From positions 186,631 to 250,630 of the forward strand of contig METB01000001.1 of NCBI GenBank assembly GCA_001771185.1: a stretch of 64,000 nucleotides of DNA, in the 5' to 3' direction. How positions within the stretch are numbered: the first letter of the stretch is position 1; the number at the start of each line of letters is the position of its first letter. A program made the position numbers and the translations under genes. Positions 57,101-64,000 of the stretch are shown one piece after another. The DNA comes from a candidate division Kazan bacterium RIFCSPHIGHO2_01_FULL_44_14 (lineage in GTDB: Bacteria; Patescibacteriota; Kazan-3B-28). Below the pieces are notes generated by a model that was not told the origin of the DNA, ran no database searches, and saw only the letters and a program-made list of their open reading frames with translations.

Positions 57101-57762
57101 CCATTGACGAAATGTCCCATTAACACATGGGCTTGATTATAAAAATCTGTTGCTCCACTGCTACTCGGTGGCGCAAAGTTCCCACCCTTCCAAGCAAGGT
57201 CTAACGCAAGTTGATCGCTTCCAAATTCTTGTTGAGGAATTGGTTTCTGCCAGTCAGTGGGCCCGGCGGCGCTGTTAATTATAGATCCAGACTTCATCCG
57301 CCATACTTTTACTGTATGACTATAAACCTTAGCCCCGGCGTCATATACCTCCAATGTGAGAGTAGTAAATCCCTGATTCAAGAAATCAACATTGGTCAAT
57401 AGTTTAGTTAAATCCCAAACAAAAGTATATTTACCCTTTTGGTTAACCCCAGATGTATAGATTGAGATTAACACCCCAGAAGGATTTTTGACCAAGAATT
57501 CTATCCCAGAGCTAGTTGTATTGGTCAACACTTCGTACTCCCCCTGATAGGTGCTATTAGCCAAAAGCAAATCCCCACTAGTCGGATAATTGATTCTGAT
57601 ACTTTGTGGAATGCTCTGTGCCTCTACCTTTTGACTGACACCCTGATAGACCATCCAACCAGTGAACGACATCGCCAAGACCAAGACCAACGCCCAATGA
57701 ATATAGGCGGTGTTTGATTTTGGTTGATGATTCTCTAATTGTTTAGTTAGACGTTCGAGCAT
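54127..57762 (-). CDS. Giant (1211 aa) extracellular beta-rich protein, N-terminally anchored, with a C-terminal dockerin-like motif.
   Basis: Continuous ORF; signal anchor (WALVLVLAMSFTGWMVY); C-terminal DFNNDTEINALD. Confidence 0.6.
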   Translation of the reverse strand: MLERLTKQLENHQPKSNTAYIHWALVLVLAMSFTGWMVYQGVSQKVEAQSIPQSIRINYPTSGDLLLANSTYQGEYEVLTNTTSSGIEFLVKNPSGVLISIYTSGVNQKGKYTFVWDLTKLLTNVDFLNQGFTTLTLEVYDAGAKVYSHTVKVWRMKSGSIINSAAGPTDWQKPIPQQEFGSDQLALDLAWKGGNFAPPSSSGATDFYNQAHVLMGHFVNGSPDLFKIDEWMAGGHFGSYLATTYGVVSFLWSHIGSQFWSYTGGSGPTLGMQIISYAADGEYPEGRGTPVAGAIDRISMPLSSFVTWSAPVGTAGPVYPGAKYILKWAVNVKANPPSGLKADVTAYYNYDSVSKTWKSQVVAPDIDPVSITSKEWTIPTDVKLGSTIKFLITTKLSTLQGSVEYSKTNSGDLKVNSTTAPIELTSPTKIGTGPDNGVIKPKLVTLSDGKEYRSFTLKWSMADNVPANLDLVAHVKYALADDSETMDVGSVNLSDGSYDWRNPLEATSEKDTAFWIGKAANLVFYSRDNSFVYTSYPVVFGGRLTVTQPQPNEVMVGQPYTIKWTYPPAYTSQQPEFHQNTRYLQIHYGEVVKGTDGQEKVDNWTEIVQLEPSTTGPTDSYTWSGDKTSVLTAGKKYRFSFTWVYKLSVGTANAKSSFPAVDFTVASSDGPFINFTTPTARTVAVVGKILPIHIQITPNGWDMSKFDIMFIQYAITGGTPKNIEGINPDDRLEYDFSWTVPTELANEKIHLIATLGGGTTPRDSDPFSVISAGHTGDGTNPSDYQMRFASAIKPLFGVGETNSRLTDITGGAAAESNFSQTATIKYWLSLYMVDGSGQDKLIYAFPLQRSDTGALSILDADRASQFGAGVLNSATKIQLVVAFEITDSILDTELPSVTSVTINYSTDFVNAPFEITITPNTKTIDTGASADYTITVIPVDSPTFTGSVTLAIANPSWAEGQVAITFDSVTTNVPGGATLKLTSTTPGTYTFIVSATAGEFVARSTVTTLIVGSVTPPDGTVPQVNIAFTAPVQRGEIKNPDLRFTLALYEGLQSVYQDSTLVTDATDHGSMTIPSVQSNLELGKSYNAYIKTPQHLSQKASKVNGVTGSSFIVTQTINNAPLAVGLEFPELPAGDIAYGATTGDNAYDSWDTIDSTDWGQFISEMVETFLTKLSDFNNDTEINALDTPWFYSNWWSDGAMHTDGISNPQPQ

Positions 57763-57866
57763 TTTTGGTTTTTATTTTTGACTAATTGTAATTGAATTTT
57801 TGGTAGTCCCTTTCCTCGGCAAGCTCGGAACCTTGCTCACCCTTGGGGAAGCACTATTTAAAATTA

Positions 57867-58097
57867 TTAAGGCAATTTGATGGTCAAGTTGTTGCCATCC
57901 ACCTTGGTACCAGTATGAGTTCCACCAGCCCAATCGGTGCCATTAAAGATAACCTGCGGACCAGTCACTTCGGCCTTGGAGCCAAATAACTTAATCCAAT
58001 CAACTATCTGCCGACCGAACAAAACAAGCAAAATTACCGCAACGGCGGCAAAGATAGTTAGTCCAATTTTGAACCCCCTGGTTTGGAAAAAGAACAT
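57867..58097 (-). CDS. Small secreted/membrane protein, first gene of the surface operon.
   Basis: 76 aa with an N-terminal TM helix. Confidence 0.4.
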   Translation of the reverse strand: MFFFQTRGFKIGLTIFAAVAVILLVLFGRQIVDWIKLFGSKAEVTGPQVIFNGTDWAGGTHTGTKVDGNNLTIKLP

Positions 58098-58227
58098 ATT
58101 GAAAGGTTGATTTTTATTTTAGGTATTAAATTATAATACTACAAAATCTGGTTTTTGTCAAGGGGAAGTCCGTAATCCCCCAGTTGACTCAACCCTGCCA
58201 TTTATAGTAGAGTTAGCCAAGTATGAG

Positions 58228-58347
58228 TCCCGTTGGAAATCACCTAACGGCACCCTCACTGCCCTGTCAAACAGGCACTTACTATAAACATACACTCATG
58301 ACACTAATATCGGACTAAAAACGCTAGGTCCCTTATTTCTAACGAGA
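58228..58347. mobile_element. MITE-like element (about 120 nt) with 13-bp terminal inverted repeats TCCCGTTGGAAAT / ATTTCTAACGAGA.
   Basis: About 90% identical to 59839-59968. A solo TIR lies at 58352-58364. Confidence 0.7.
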
Positions 58348-58486
58348 TGAATCCCGTTAGAAACTGTCCAGCCAAGGAGAAATTGGGTTCATCTAGTCAA
58401 CCAATGTTTACCACTAATACCTTCCATACCAGTTTTGCGAAAAAGAATTCCTGGAGAATTATTTTTCGCGTAAGGTTTCTAACGGG

Positions 58487-58729
58487 ATGAAGAAGGATAT
58501 CCATCCAACTTATTTCCCGAAAGCCAAAATTGCCTGCGCCTGCGGGAATATCTTAGAGGTGGGCTCAACTCAAGAGTCGACCAGGGTTGATATCTGCTCC
58601 AAGTGCCATCCGTTCTATACTGGGAAGCAAAAACTGATGGATAAGGCCGGACGGGTAGAAAAATTCCAGGAACGGCTGGCTCGAGCCAAGGCCGGGGTTA
58701 AGGCCAAAGTAGCCAAAAAGAAGGCCTAA
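58487..58729 (+). CDS. rpmE: 50S ribosomal protein L31.
   Basis: [28 protein letters not shown]...[13 protein letters not shown]. The ATG is directly preceded by TTTCTAACGGG. Confidence 0.9.
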   Translation: MKKDIHPTYFPKAKIACACGNILEVGSTQESTRVDICSKCHPFYTGKQKLMDKAGRVEKFQERLARAKAGVKAKVAKKKA

Positions 58730-58778
58730 CAGTTTCAAACTGGTCTGTTTATGCCACAATAGGAGTGGCAATTTTAGT

Positions 58779-59834
58779 ATGAAAATAGATGAGATTAAAA
58801 CCGAGTATGCCACCATCCGACATCAGTTGGCTAATTTGAGCCGACTCTCCCCTACCGAACAGACCAAACTGTTGAAACGGGAAGGTTATTTGAAAGAAAT
58901 TGTTTCGCTTTACCAAGAGATAGAACGACTAAAAGCAGAAATTTCCGAGCATGAGCAAACTGCGACGGGAGCCGACCAGGAAATGGCCGAACTAGCTCGT
59001 GAAGAATTGCCCATTTTGCAACCCAAACTAGCCCAGTTGATTGAACAATTGGAGGTCTTGATGTTACCAAAAGACCCCAATGATGACCGAGACGCCATCG
59101 TCGAAATCCGGGCTGGGGCTGGCGGGGACGAAGCCGGAATTTTTGCTGGCGAACTCCTAAGAATGTATAGCCGATTTGCTGTCGAACAGGGCTGGAAAGT
59201 AGAAATGATTGATGGTAGTCCAACCGAGAACAATGGTTTCAAGGAAGTCATCTTTCAAGTCACCGGACATAATGTCTATGCTACCCTTAAATTTGAAAGT
59301 GGAGTTCATCGGGTTCAGCGCGTTCCAATAACCGAGGCCAAAGGCCGAGTCCACACCTCGACTGCTACAGTTGCGGTTTTGCCGGTGGCTGAAGAAGTCG
59401 ATTTAGAAATTAAACCCGATGATTTACGGATTGATGTGTTTCGGTCTGGCGGACATGGCGGTCAAAGCGTTAACACTACCGACTCGGCCGTCCGAATTAC
59501 TCACATTCCAACTGGAACTGTGGCAACCTGTCAGGACGAGAAATCGCAGACCAAAAACAAACTGAAGGCAATGGGAGTGCTTCGGTCCCGGCTACTGGCA
59601 TTGGAGGAAGAAACCAGACGCCAGACATTATCTCAAGAACGCAAGTCGCAAATTGGGACTGGTGACCGAAGTGAAAAAATTCGAACATACAATTTTCCTC
59701 AAGATCGAATTACCGATCATCGAGTTAACATCAGTTGGCATCACATTGAAAATGTTTTGGCAGGCCATCTGGAACCAATTGTGGAAGCATTAAAAACCGA
59801 ACAACTCCGACTCGACCGCGAGGCGAATCTATGA
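58779..59834 (+). CDS. prfA: Peptide chain release factor 1.
   Basis: GGQ motif ([25 protein letters not shown]), RVQRVPITE (PxT-type, RF1-like), N-terminal domain. The gene ends in TGA. Confidence 0.9.
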   Translation: MKIDEIKTEYATIRHQLANLSRLSPTEQTKLLKREGYLKEIVSLYQEIERLKAEISEHEQTATGADQEMAELAREELPILQPKLAQLIEQLEVLMLPKDPNDDRDAIVEIRAGAGGDEAGIFAGELLRMYSRFAVEQGWKVEMIDGSPTENNGFKEVIFQVTGHNVYATLKFESGVHRVQRVPITEAKGRVHTSTATVAVLPVAEEVDLEIKPDDLRIDVFRSGGHGGQSVNTTDSAVRITHIPTGTVATCQDEKSQTKNKLKAMGVLRSRLLALEEETRRQTLSQERKSQIGTGDRSEKIRTYNFPQDRITDHRVNISWHHIENVLAGHLEPIVEALKTEQLRLDREANL

Positions 59835-59838
59835 TTTA

Positions 59839-59968
59839 TCCCGTTAGAAATCACCTAACGGCACTCCTACTGCCCTGTCAAACAGACACTTACTATAAAC
59901 ACTACATTCACAACATTAATATCGGACTAAAAACGCTAGGTTTTTATTTCTAACGGGACTTATTCCCT
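59839..59968. mobile_element. Second full copy of the MITE-like element (TIRs TCCCGTTAGAAAT / ATTTCTAACGGGA), starting 5 nt after the prfA stop.
   Basis: Direct alignment with 58228-58347. Confidence 0.7.
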
Positions 59969-60081
59969 GAGTGAGCGGAGCGAATCGAAGGGACACATTT
60001 GGTATGGCCTTCAACGAAGTTTTTATCCTGAGCGTAGCCGAAGGGCTCAGGCAATAATTTCAATAGAAGATTTCTAACGGG

Positions 60082-60909
60082 ATGAAAATCAAAACTGCCC
60101 TCAATTGGGCTACTAAACAATTGCCTGCTAGTTCCACTCCTCGGCTAGATGCCGAGGTGCTTTTGGCCCACATTCTAGGCGTCAGTAAAACCGACCTATA
60201 TATAAATAGTGAACAACGGTTATCACCGATAGTGGAAGTTCGTTATCGTTGGCTGATTGCCAGACGACACAGTGGCGTACCAGTAGCTTACTTAACTGGC
60301 CAAAAAGAGTTTTTCGGACTCAATTTTATTGTTAACCGCCAGGTTTTAATCCCCCGTCCAGAGACCGAGACAATCGTTAGACGAACAATAGAATTAATTG
60401 AACGGCATAATTTATCAGTCGTGCATGAGGTGGGAACCGGGAGTGGCAATATTGCAGTTGCCCTAACCAAAAATCTACCCACTTTACGAGTAGTGGCTAG
60501 TGATATATCCGAGACCGCCCTGAAAGTGGCTCGACGCAATGCCATCCAGTACGGAGTCGATGATAGAATTGAATTTATTTGTGCTAATCTGGGCGAACAC
60601 ATCCCATCGGTCGATTTGGTCGTCGCTAATCTTCCTTATGTTCCAACCGACTACTATCCAACTAGAGAAGTATTCCACGAACCGTCGATGGCAGTTTTTG
60701 TCCCAGACGACGGCCTGGGATTGTACCGACAGTTCTTCTTAAACACCAAGTTCCGGTTTGCCGTAGTTGAACTGGGCCCTTGGCAAATGGATATATTGGT
60801 ACCCTGGCTCAAAACCAACTTCCCCGGAACGACGATTGCTCCAGTCAAAGACGACAGTGGCTATGTGTGTGGATTAGAAATAACCAAGAAAGTAATGAGT
60901 AACGAGTGA
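60082..60909 (+). CDS. prmC: Release-factor glutamine N5-methyltransferase.
   Basis: VGTGSGNIAVAL and NLPYV (NPPY-type) motifs; prfA-prmC order. The ATG is preceded by TTTCTAACGGG. Confidence 0.85.
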   Translation: MKIKTALNWATKQLPASSTPRLDAEVLLAHILGVSKTDLYINSEQRLSPIVEVRYRWLIARRHSGVPVAYLTGQKEFFGLNFIVNRQVLIPRPETETIVRRTIELIERHNLSVVHEVGTGSGNIAVALTKNLPTLRVVASDISETALKVARRNAIQYGVDDRIEFICANLGEHIPSVDLVVANLPYVPTDYYPTREVFHEPSMAVFVPDDGLGLYRQFFLNTKFRFAVVELGPWQMDILVPWLKTNFPGTTIAPVKDDSGYVCGLEITKKVMSNE

Positions 60910-60964
60910 TGAGTGAGGGAAGAGTTAGTTTTTCCACTCGCGACTCGCGACTTGCCACTCGCGA

Positions 60965-61534
60965 CTAACCTTCTATCTTCCCTCTAATAATTTCCGCCAC
61001 CTCCGCCACAATTTTTGACAGTTGCCCATCATAATTAATCACTCGCACATCATACTTGGGGGCCTGATCCAATTCAGATCGGGCGATTTTTAGTCGGCGG
61101 CGAATATCCGCCTCGGCCATCCCCCGCTTTTCCATCCGAGTCCGCAAGATATCAAACGCACTCGGAACCAAAAAAATTACATAAGTATTTTTATAATGGT
61201 CCTTCAAAAAATCCGCGCCCTGTGAATCCAACACCCACAGGGGATACTGATTGTGTTCAAAAATTTTTTCTACATCCGCCCGCTGACTGCCGTAAAAATT
61301 CCCGGCATATTCGGCCCACTCGAACATTTTGTCGTCTCGGACCAAGGTCTCAAATTGTTCTTGACTAACAAAATGATAATTTACTCCATCAATTTCTCCG
61401 GCTCGGGGTACTCGCGAAGTAGTAGTAATGACTTTGTCCACCGGAATGTTGCTTTGTAGGATACCGGTAACCACGGCGGTTTTGCCAACCGCTGATGGTC
61501 CGGTGATGATAAACAAGGGTTTATTTAAGTCCAT
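60965..61534 (-). CDS. gmk: Guanylate kinase.
   Basis: FIITGPSAVGKTAV...TTTSRVPRAGEIDGVNYHF. Its ATG is preceded, on the minus strand, by GATTTCTAACGGG. Confidence 0.9.
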   Translation of the reverse strand: MDLNKPLFIITGPSAVGKTAVVTGILQSNIPVDKVITTTSRVPRAGEIDGVNYHFVSQEQFETLVRDDKMFEWAEYAGNFYGSQRADVEKIFEHNQYPLWVLDSQGADFLKDHYKNTYVIFLVPSAFDILRTRMEKRGMAEADIRRRLKIARSELDQAPKYDVRVINYDGQLSKIVAEVAEIIRGKIEG

Positions 61535-61608
61535 CCCGTTAGAAATCTGTATTCAATATAGTTATACTTATGTTTTACTCCGTACTAACCAGCCCGTTTC
61601 CTAAATTT

Positions 61609-62283
61609 CTAACGGGACAAGTCATCTAAAAATTGGGTTAAATCATCTGGGAGTGGCGCGATGAAGGTTTGGCGTTTGCCTAATAAATCAACAAAAGAGA
61701 TTTTGTGTGAATGCAGAAATTGGCGAGCCAGTGAATCCGGTTTACCGTAGGTTTTGTCTCCCACAACCGGATAGCCCAAACTGCTAAAATGGACTCTAAT
61801 TTGATGCGTTCGGCCGGTAGTAGGTTGAGCTCGGAGATAGGTAAAACCGCGATAGTAGCCAATGACTTCATAGCCAGTTTCCGAGATTTTACCGGAAGCC
61901 CGGGGCACAACTTGGGTCCGTTTAACCAAATCTCGAGACAATGGGATTTTAATGATTCCCCGCTTGGGAGTGAGATGACCATGAACTAAAACTAAATACT
62001 CTTTATGGATTTCGCGCTGACGAAATAAAGTTCGAAGATAAGTAAAATTATCCTTGGTCTTAGCCACTAACACTATTCCAGAAGTATCTTTGTCTAACCG
62101 ATGCACGAGGCCGTAATGCTCGGTTTTAAGCGGTGACTTAGGCAAATGATGGGCCAATAAATCAACCAGGGTAGTAACGGCTGGTCCACTACCTTCATGC
62201 ACTACCAACCCGGCCGGTTTATTAATCACCAGTAACTCGTAGTTCTCAAAAATAATCTCCAATTTATTTATTGATGATTCCAT
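61609..62283 (-). CDS. RluA-family pseudouridine synthase.
   Basis: HRLDKDTSGIVLVAKT catalytic-Asp motif. Confidence 0.85.
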   Translation of the reverse strand: MESSINKLEIIFENYELLVINKPAGLVVHEGSGPAVTTLVDLLAHHLPKSPLKTEHYGLVHRLDKDTSGIVLVAKTKDNFTYLRTLFRQREIHKEYLVLVHGHLTPKRGIIKIPLSRDLVKRTQVVPRASGKISETGYEVIGYYRGFTYLRAQPTTGRTHQIRVHFSSLGYPVVGDKTYGKPDSLARQFLHSHKISFVDLLGKRQTFIAPLPDDLTQFLDDLSR

Positions 62284-62675
62284 ATTCGCTTCAAAGCCAG
62301 TCCAATCCCAACCACGATTACTAAATCGGCTAAATTGGTAGTGGTTAGATTGAAAAAGTTGATGTAATCCGCCACCTTACCGTCAAACATAAATCGTTCC
62401 AGTAAATTGCTGGCTCCCCCGCCAAAAATCATACCGCCAGCTACTGCCCAAATTGGCCCTAACCACCGATAAGTATAAAACCACCAACCCACTAGTGCTA
62501 AAAATCCGCCCGAGACAATTAAGACAGCCAAGCTCGGCAACTGCCAACTGAAAGCCAAACCAGGATTGTAAAAAATATCGCCCGGCCAAAACCAGCGCAG
62601 GACTTGGGCTACGCCGATGGTCAAAACCGCCGTTAGAATGAACCGGTTTAAAGTTGAGAATGGTCGTCTGCGCAT
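62268..62675 (-). CDS. lspA: Lipoprotein signal peptidase (SPase II).
   Basis: Four TM helices, GGGASNLLERFMFDGKVADYINFF, and a C-terminal DLVIVVG box. Confidence 0.75.
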   Translation of the reverse strand: MRRRPFSTLNRFILTAVLTIGVAQVLRWFWPGDIFYNPGLAFSWQLPSLAVLIVSGGFLALVGWWFYTYRWLGPIWAVAGGMIFGGGASNLLERFMFDGKVADYINFFNLTTTNLADLVIVVGIGLALKRIWNHQ

Positions 62676-63028
62676 GTTCTGGCCGCTGGATAAACTTTTA
62701 ACCGCTCTTCATCAATCCAGTCGCCAGTGGACTCGCACCGGCCATAATTGCCCTCATCGATTTTCTTGAGGGCTAATTTAATCTCGCTAAAAGATTTTTC
62801 TAAATCAGAAACTTGGGCTTCTCTTTGTTGAAAGATTTCTGATTCAGCACTATCGTCGGCCTGATCCTCCACCGTACCAGAATCAAAATCCGGTTGCAGA
62901 GCGATATAGGTGCCCGAAGATTCATCATAGCGAGAAATGCTACTTAGGTCCTGCTCGATGGCAGCTTTATTTTTGAGCAGTATCTGTTGTTGTTTATCTA
63001 TAAATTCTTGGGAATAACGAGAGCGCAT
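62648..63028 (-). CDS. DksA/TraR-family zinc-finger protein.
   Basis: Coiled-coil N-terminus with acidic tip; C-terminal GRCESTG...ARTCADD zinc-finger-like end. Confidence 0.6.
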   Translation of the reverse strand: MRSRYSQEFIDKQQQILLKNKAAIEQDLSSISRYDESSGTYIALQPDFDSGTVEDQADDSAESEIFQQREAQVSDLEKSFSEIKLALKKIDEGNYGRCESTGDWIDEERLKVYPAARTCADDHSQL

Positions 63029-63063
63029 ATCTAGTTCCTTTCTTCTTGATTACCGTATTCATC

Positions 63064-63162
63064 GTCATTCTGGCTCCCGTCTGCAACGATGTAGCATCTT
63101 CGGGCAGGTGACCAAAATCGTATATAAGATTCTGGATGCGCTTCGCTTACCAGAATGACGGT
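63064..63162. repeat. Second copy of the GTCATTCTGG...CCAGAATGAC hairpin element.
   Basis: 45-nt identity with 51838-51882. Confidence 0.8.
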
Positions 63163-63182
63163 TGAGTATAATATTAAAACCG

Positions 63183-64000
63183 TTACCTAGCCCCTAATAA
63201 TTTTACCACCGCGGATAGTTTTTCTTTGGTCCCTAATAAAATTAGTCGATCACCGGCCTCTACCACGGTATCCCCGATGGGATTAATGATAGCATGTCCG
63301 TCTGGCTTATGGATAGCCAGAATCGAAACTCCATAGGTCCGATTGGATAGTTTAGTAGCGATACTATGACCAGCAGCCAGAGAAGTATTGGCTACGATTA
63401 CATCATCGATTTGCACTTCTCGGTTGCCTAAGTCCTGAACATCATCCAAAAAGTCGGCCACTTCTGGATTAAGCGCAAAACTGGCCATCCGAAATCCACC
63501 AATCTGATGAGGAGAAACTACTCGGTTAGCCCCGACCTGAAGCAGTTTGGCCGCGGTATTATCTCGGTTAGCCCGAGCCACAATAAATAAATCATTATTT
63601 AGCGATCGAGCCGTAATAATCGTTAAAACCGTATCGCTGTCCCGCCCCAGACAAACAATTAGTCCTTTCGCATTCATCACTCCGGCTCGTTTCAGGACTG
63701 CCTCGTCGGTCGTATCACCAGCCACGCACAAAAAACCCTCCTGCTCACATTCGGCGACAATAGTATGCTCTCGTTCGACTACTACAAACTCGGCTGGTTC
63801 TTTAGTCAATTCATGAGCCACCTGACTACCGACTCGACCAAACCCACAAATGACATAGTGCCCCGATAGCGCTTTTAAACTTTTTTCCATTTTCTTACTC
63901 TTTAAATGCTCTTCTAGTTTATCCTCAATCAGATATTCTCCCAAGAGTCGGACTACATAATAAACCGTAATTAAACCAAAGACAATCAGTAAAATCGTAA
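63183..64000 (-). CDS. K+ channel / transporter subunit with TrkA-N (RCK) and TrkA-C domains; the 5' end runs off the window.
   Basis: HYVICGFGRVGSQVAHEL Rossmann motif; C-terminal RCK_C (DVIVANTSLAAGHSI...). The frame continues upstream of 63944 as a TM helix (ILLIVFGLITVYYVV) to the window edge. Confidence 0.75.
   Translation of the reverse strand, partial: TILLIVFGLITVYYVVRLLGEYLIEDKLEEHLKSKKMEKSLKALSGHYVICGFGRVGSQVAHELTKEPAEFVVVEREHTIVAECEQEGFLCVAGDTTDEAVLKRAGVMNAKGLIVCLGRDSDTVLTIITARSLNNDLFIVARANRDNTAAKLLQVGANRVVSPHQIGGFRMASFALNPEVADFLDDVQDLGNREVQIDDVIVANTSLAAGHSIATKLSNRTYGVSILAIHKPDGHAIINPIGDTVVEAGDRLILLGTKEKLSAVVKLLGAR

Overview
This 64-kb window reads as a small-genome, monoderm-type bacterium, and the gene content and RNA oddities fit a Candidate Phyla Radiation (Patescibacteria)-like organism; that assignment is inference. 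Genes are tightly packed on both strands. Housekeeping genes present are infC-rpmI-rplT, thrS, miaA, proS, argS, def-fmt, obg, rpmE-prfA-prmC, gmk, lspA and udk. There is a polysaccharide/glycosylation cluster (DUF4012 protein, two GT4 genes, a sugar phosphotransferase, a GT2, GtrA and an O-antigen-ligase-like protein). Three tRNAs are present (Val-GAC, Pro-TGG, Ala-CGC) plus a tRNA-like 3' fragment. An RNase P RNA of about 700 nt and a 23S rRNA gene of about 4.8 kb on the minus strand, unlinked to 16S or 5S, are both enlarged by insertions. The 23S carries three intron-like insertions, one encoding a LAGLIDADG homing endonuclease, and three hairpin elements at the classic intervening-sequence helices 25, 45 and 63; the same hairpin element family sits twice inside RNase P RNA. 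The window is saturated with short palindromic, MITE-like repeat families. Some of these are inserted in frame inside essential genes (argS, probably def), and one family has its 13-bp terminal inverted repeat abutting the ATG of four genes. Four small GIY-YIG nuclease genes behave like selfish mini-elements: one is flanked by inverted repeats and one carries an in-frame TGA. The most system-like novelty is a duplicated cell-surface module (a WxL-like secreted protein, a DUF916/DUF3324-like membrane protein fused to LysM, and a paralogous polytopic membrane protein that looks like a GT-C glycosyltransferase) plus an 810-aa WxL-like protein. Next to it lies a PaaX/Cas2-fold regulator bracketed by perfect palindromic candidate operators upstream of capA-comM. 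A second surface operon encodes a 1211-aa protein with dockerin-like motifs. All calls come from reading the sequence and the six-frame ORF translations; no database search was run.
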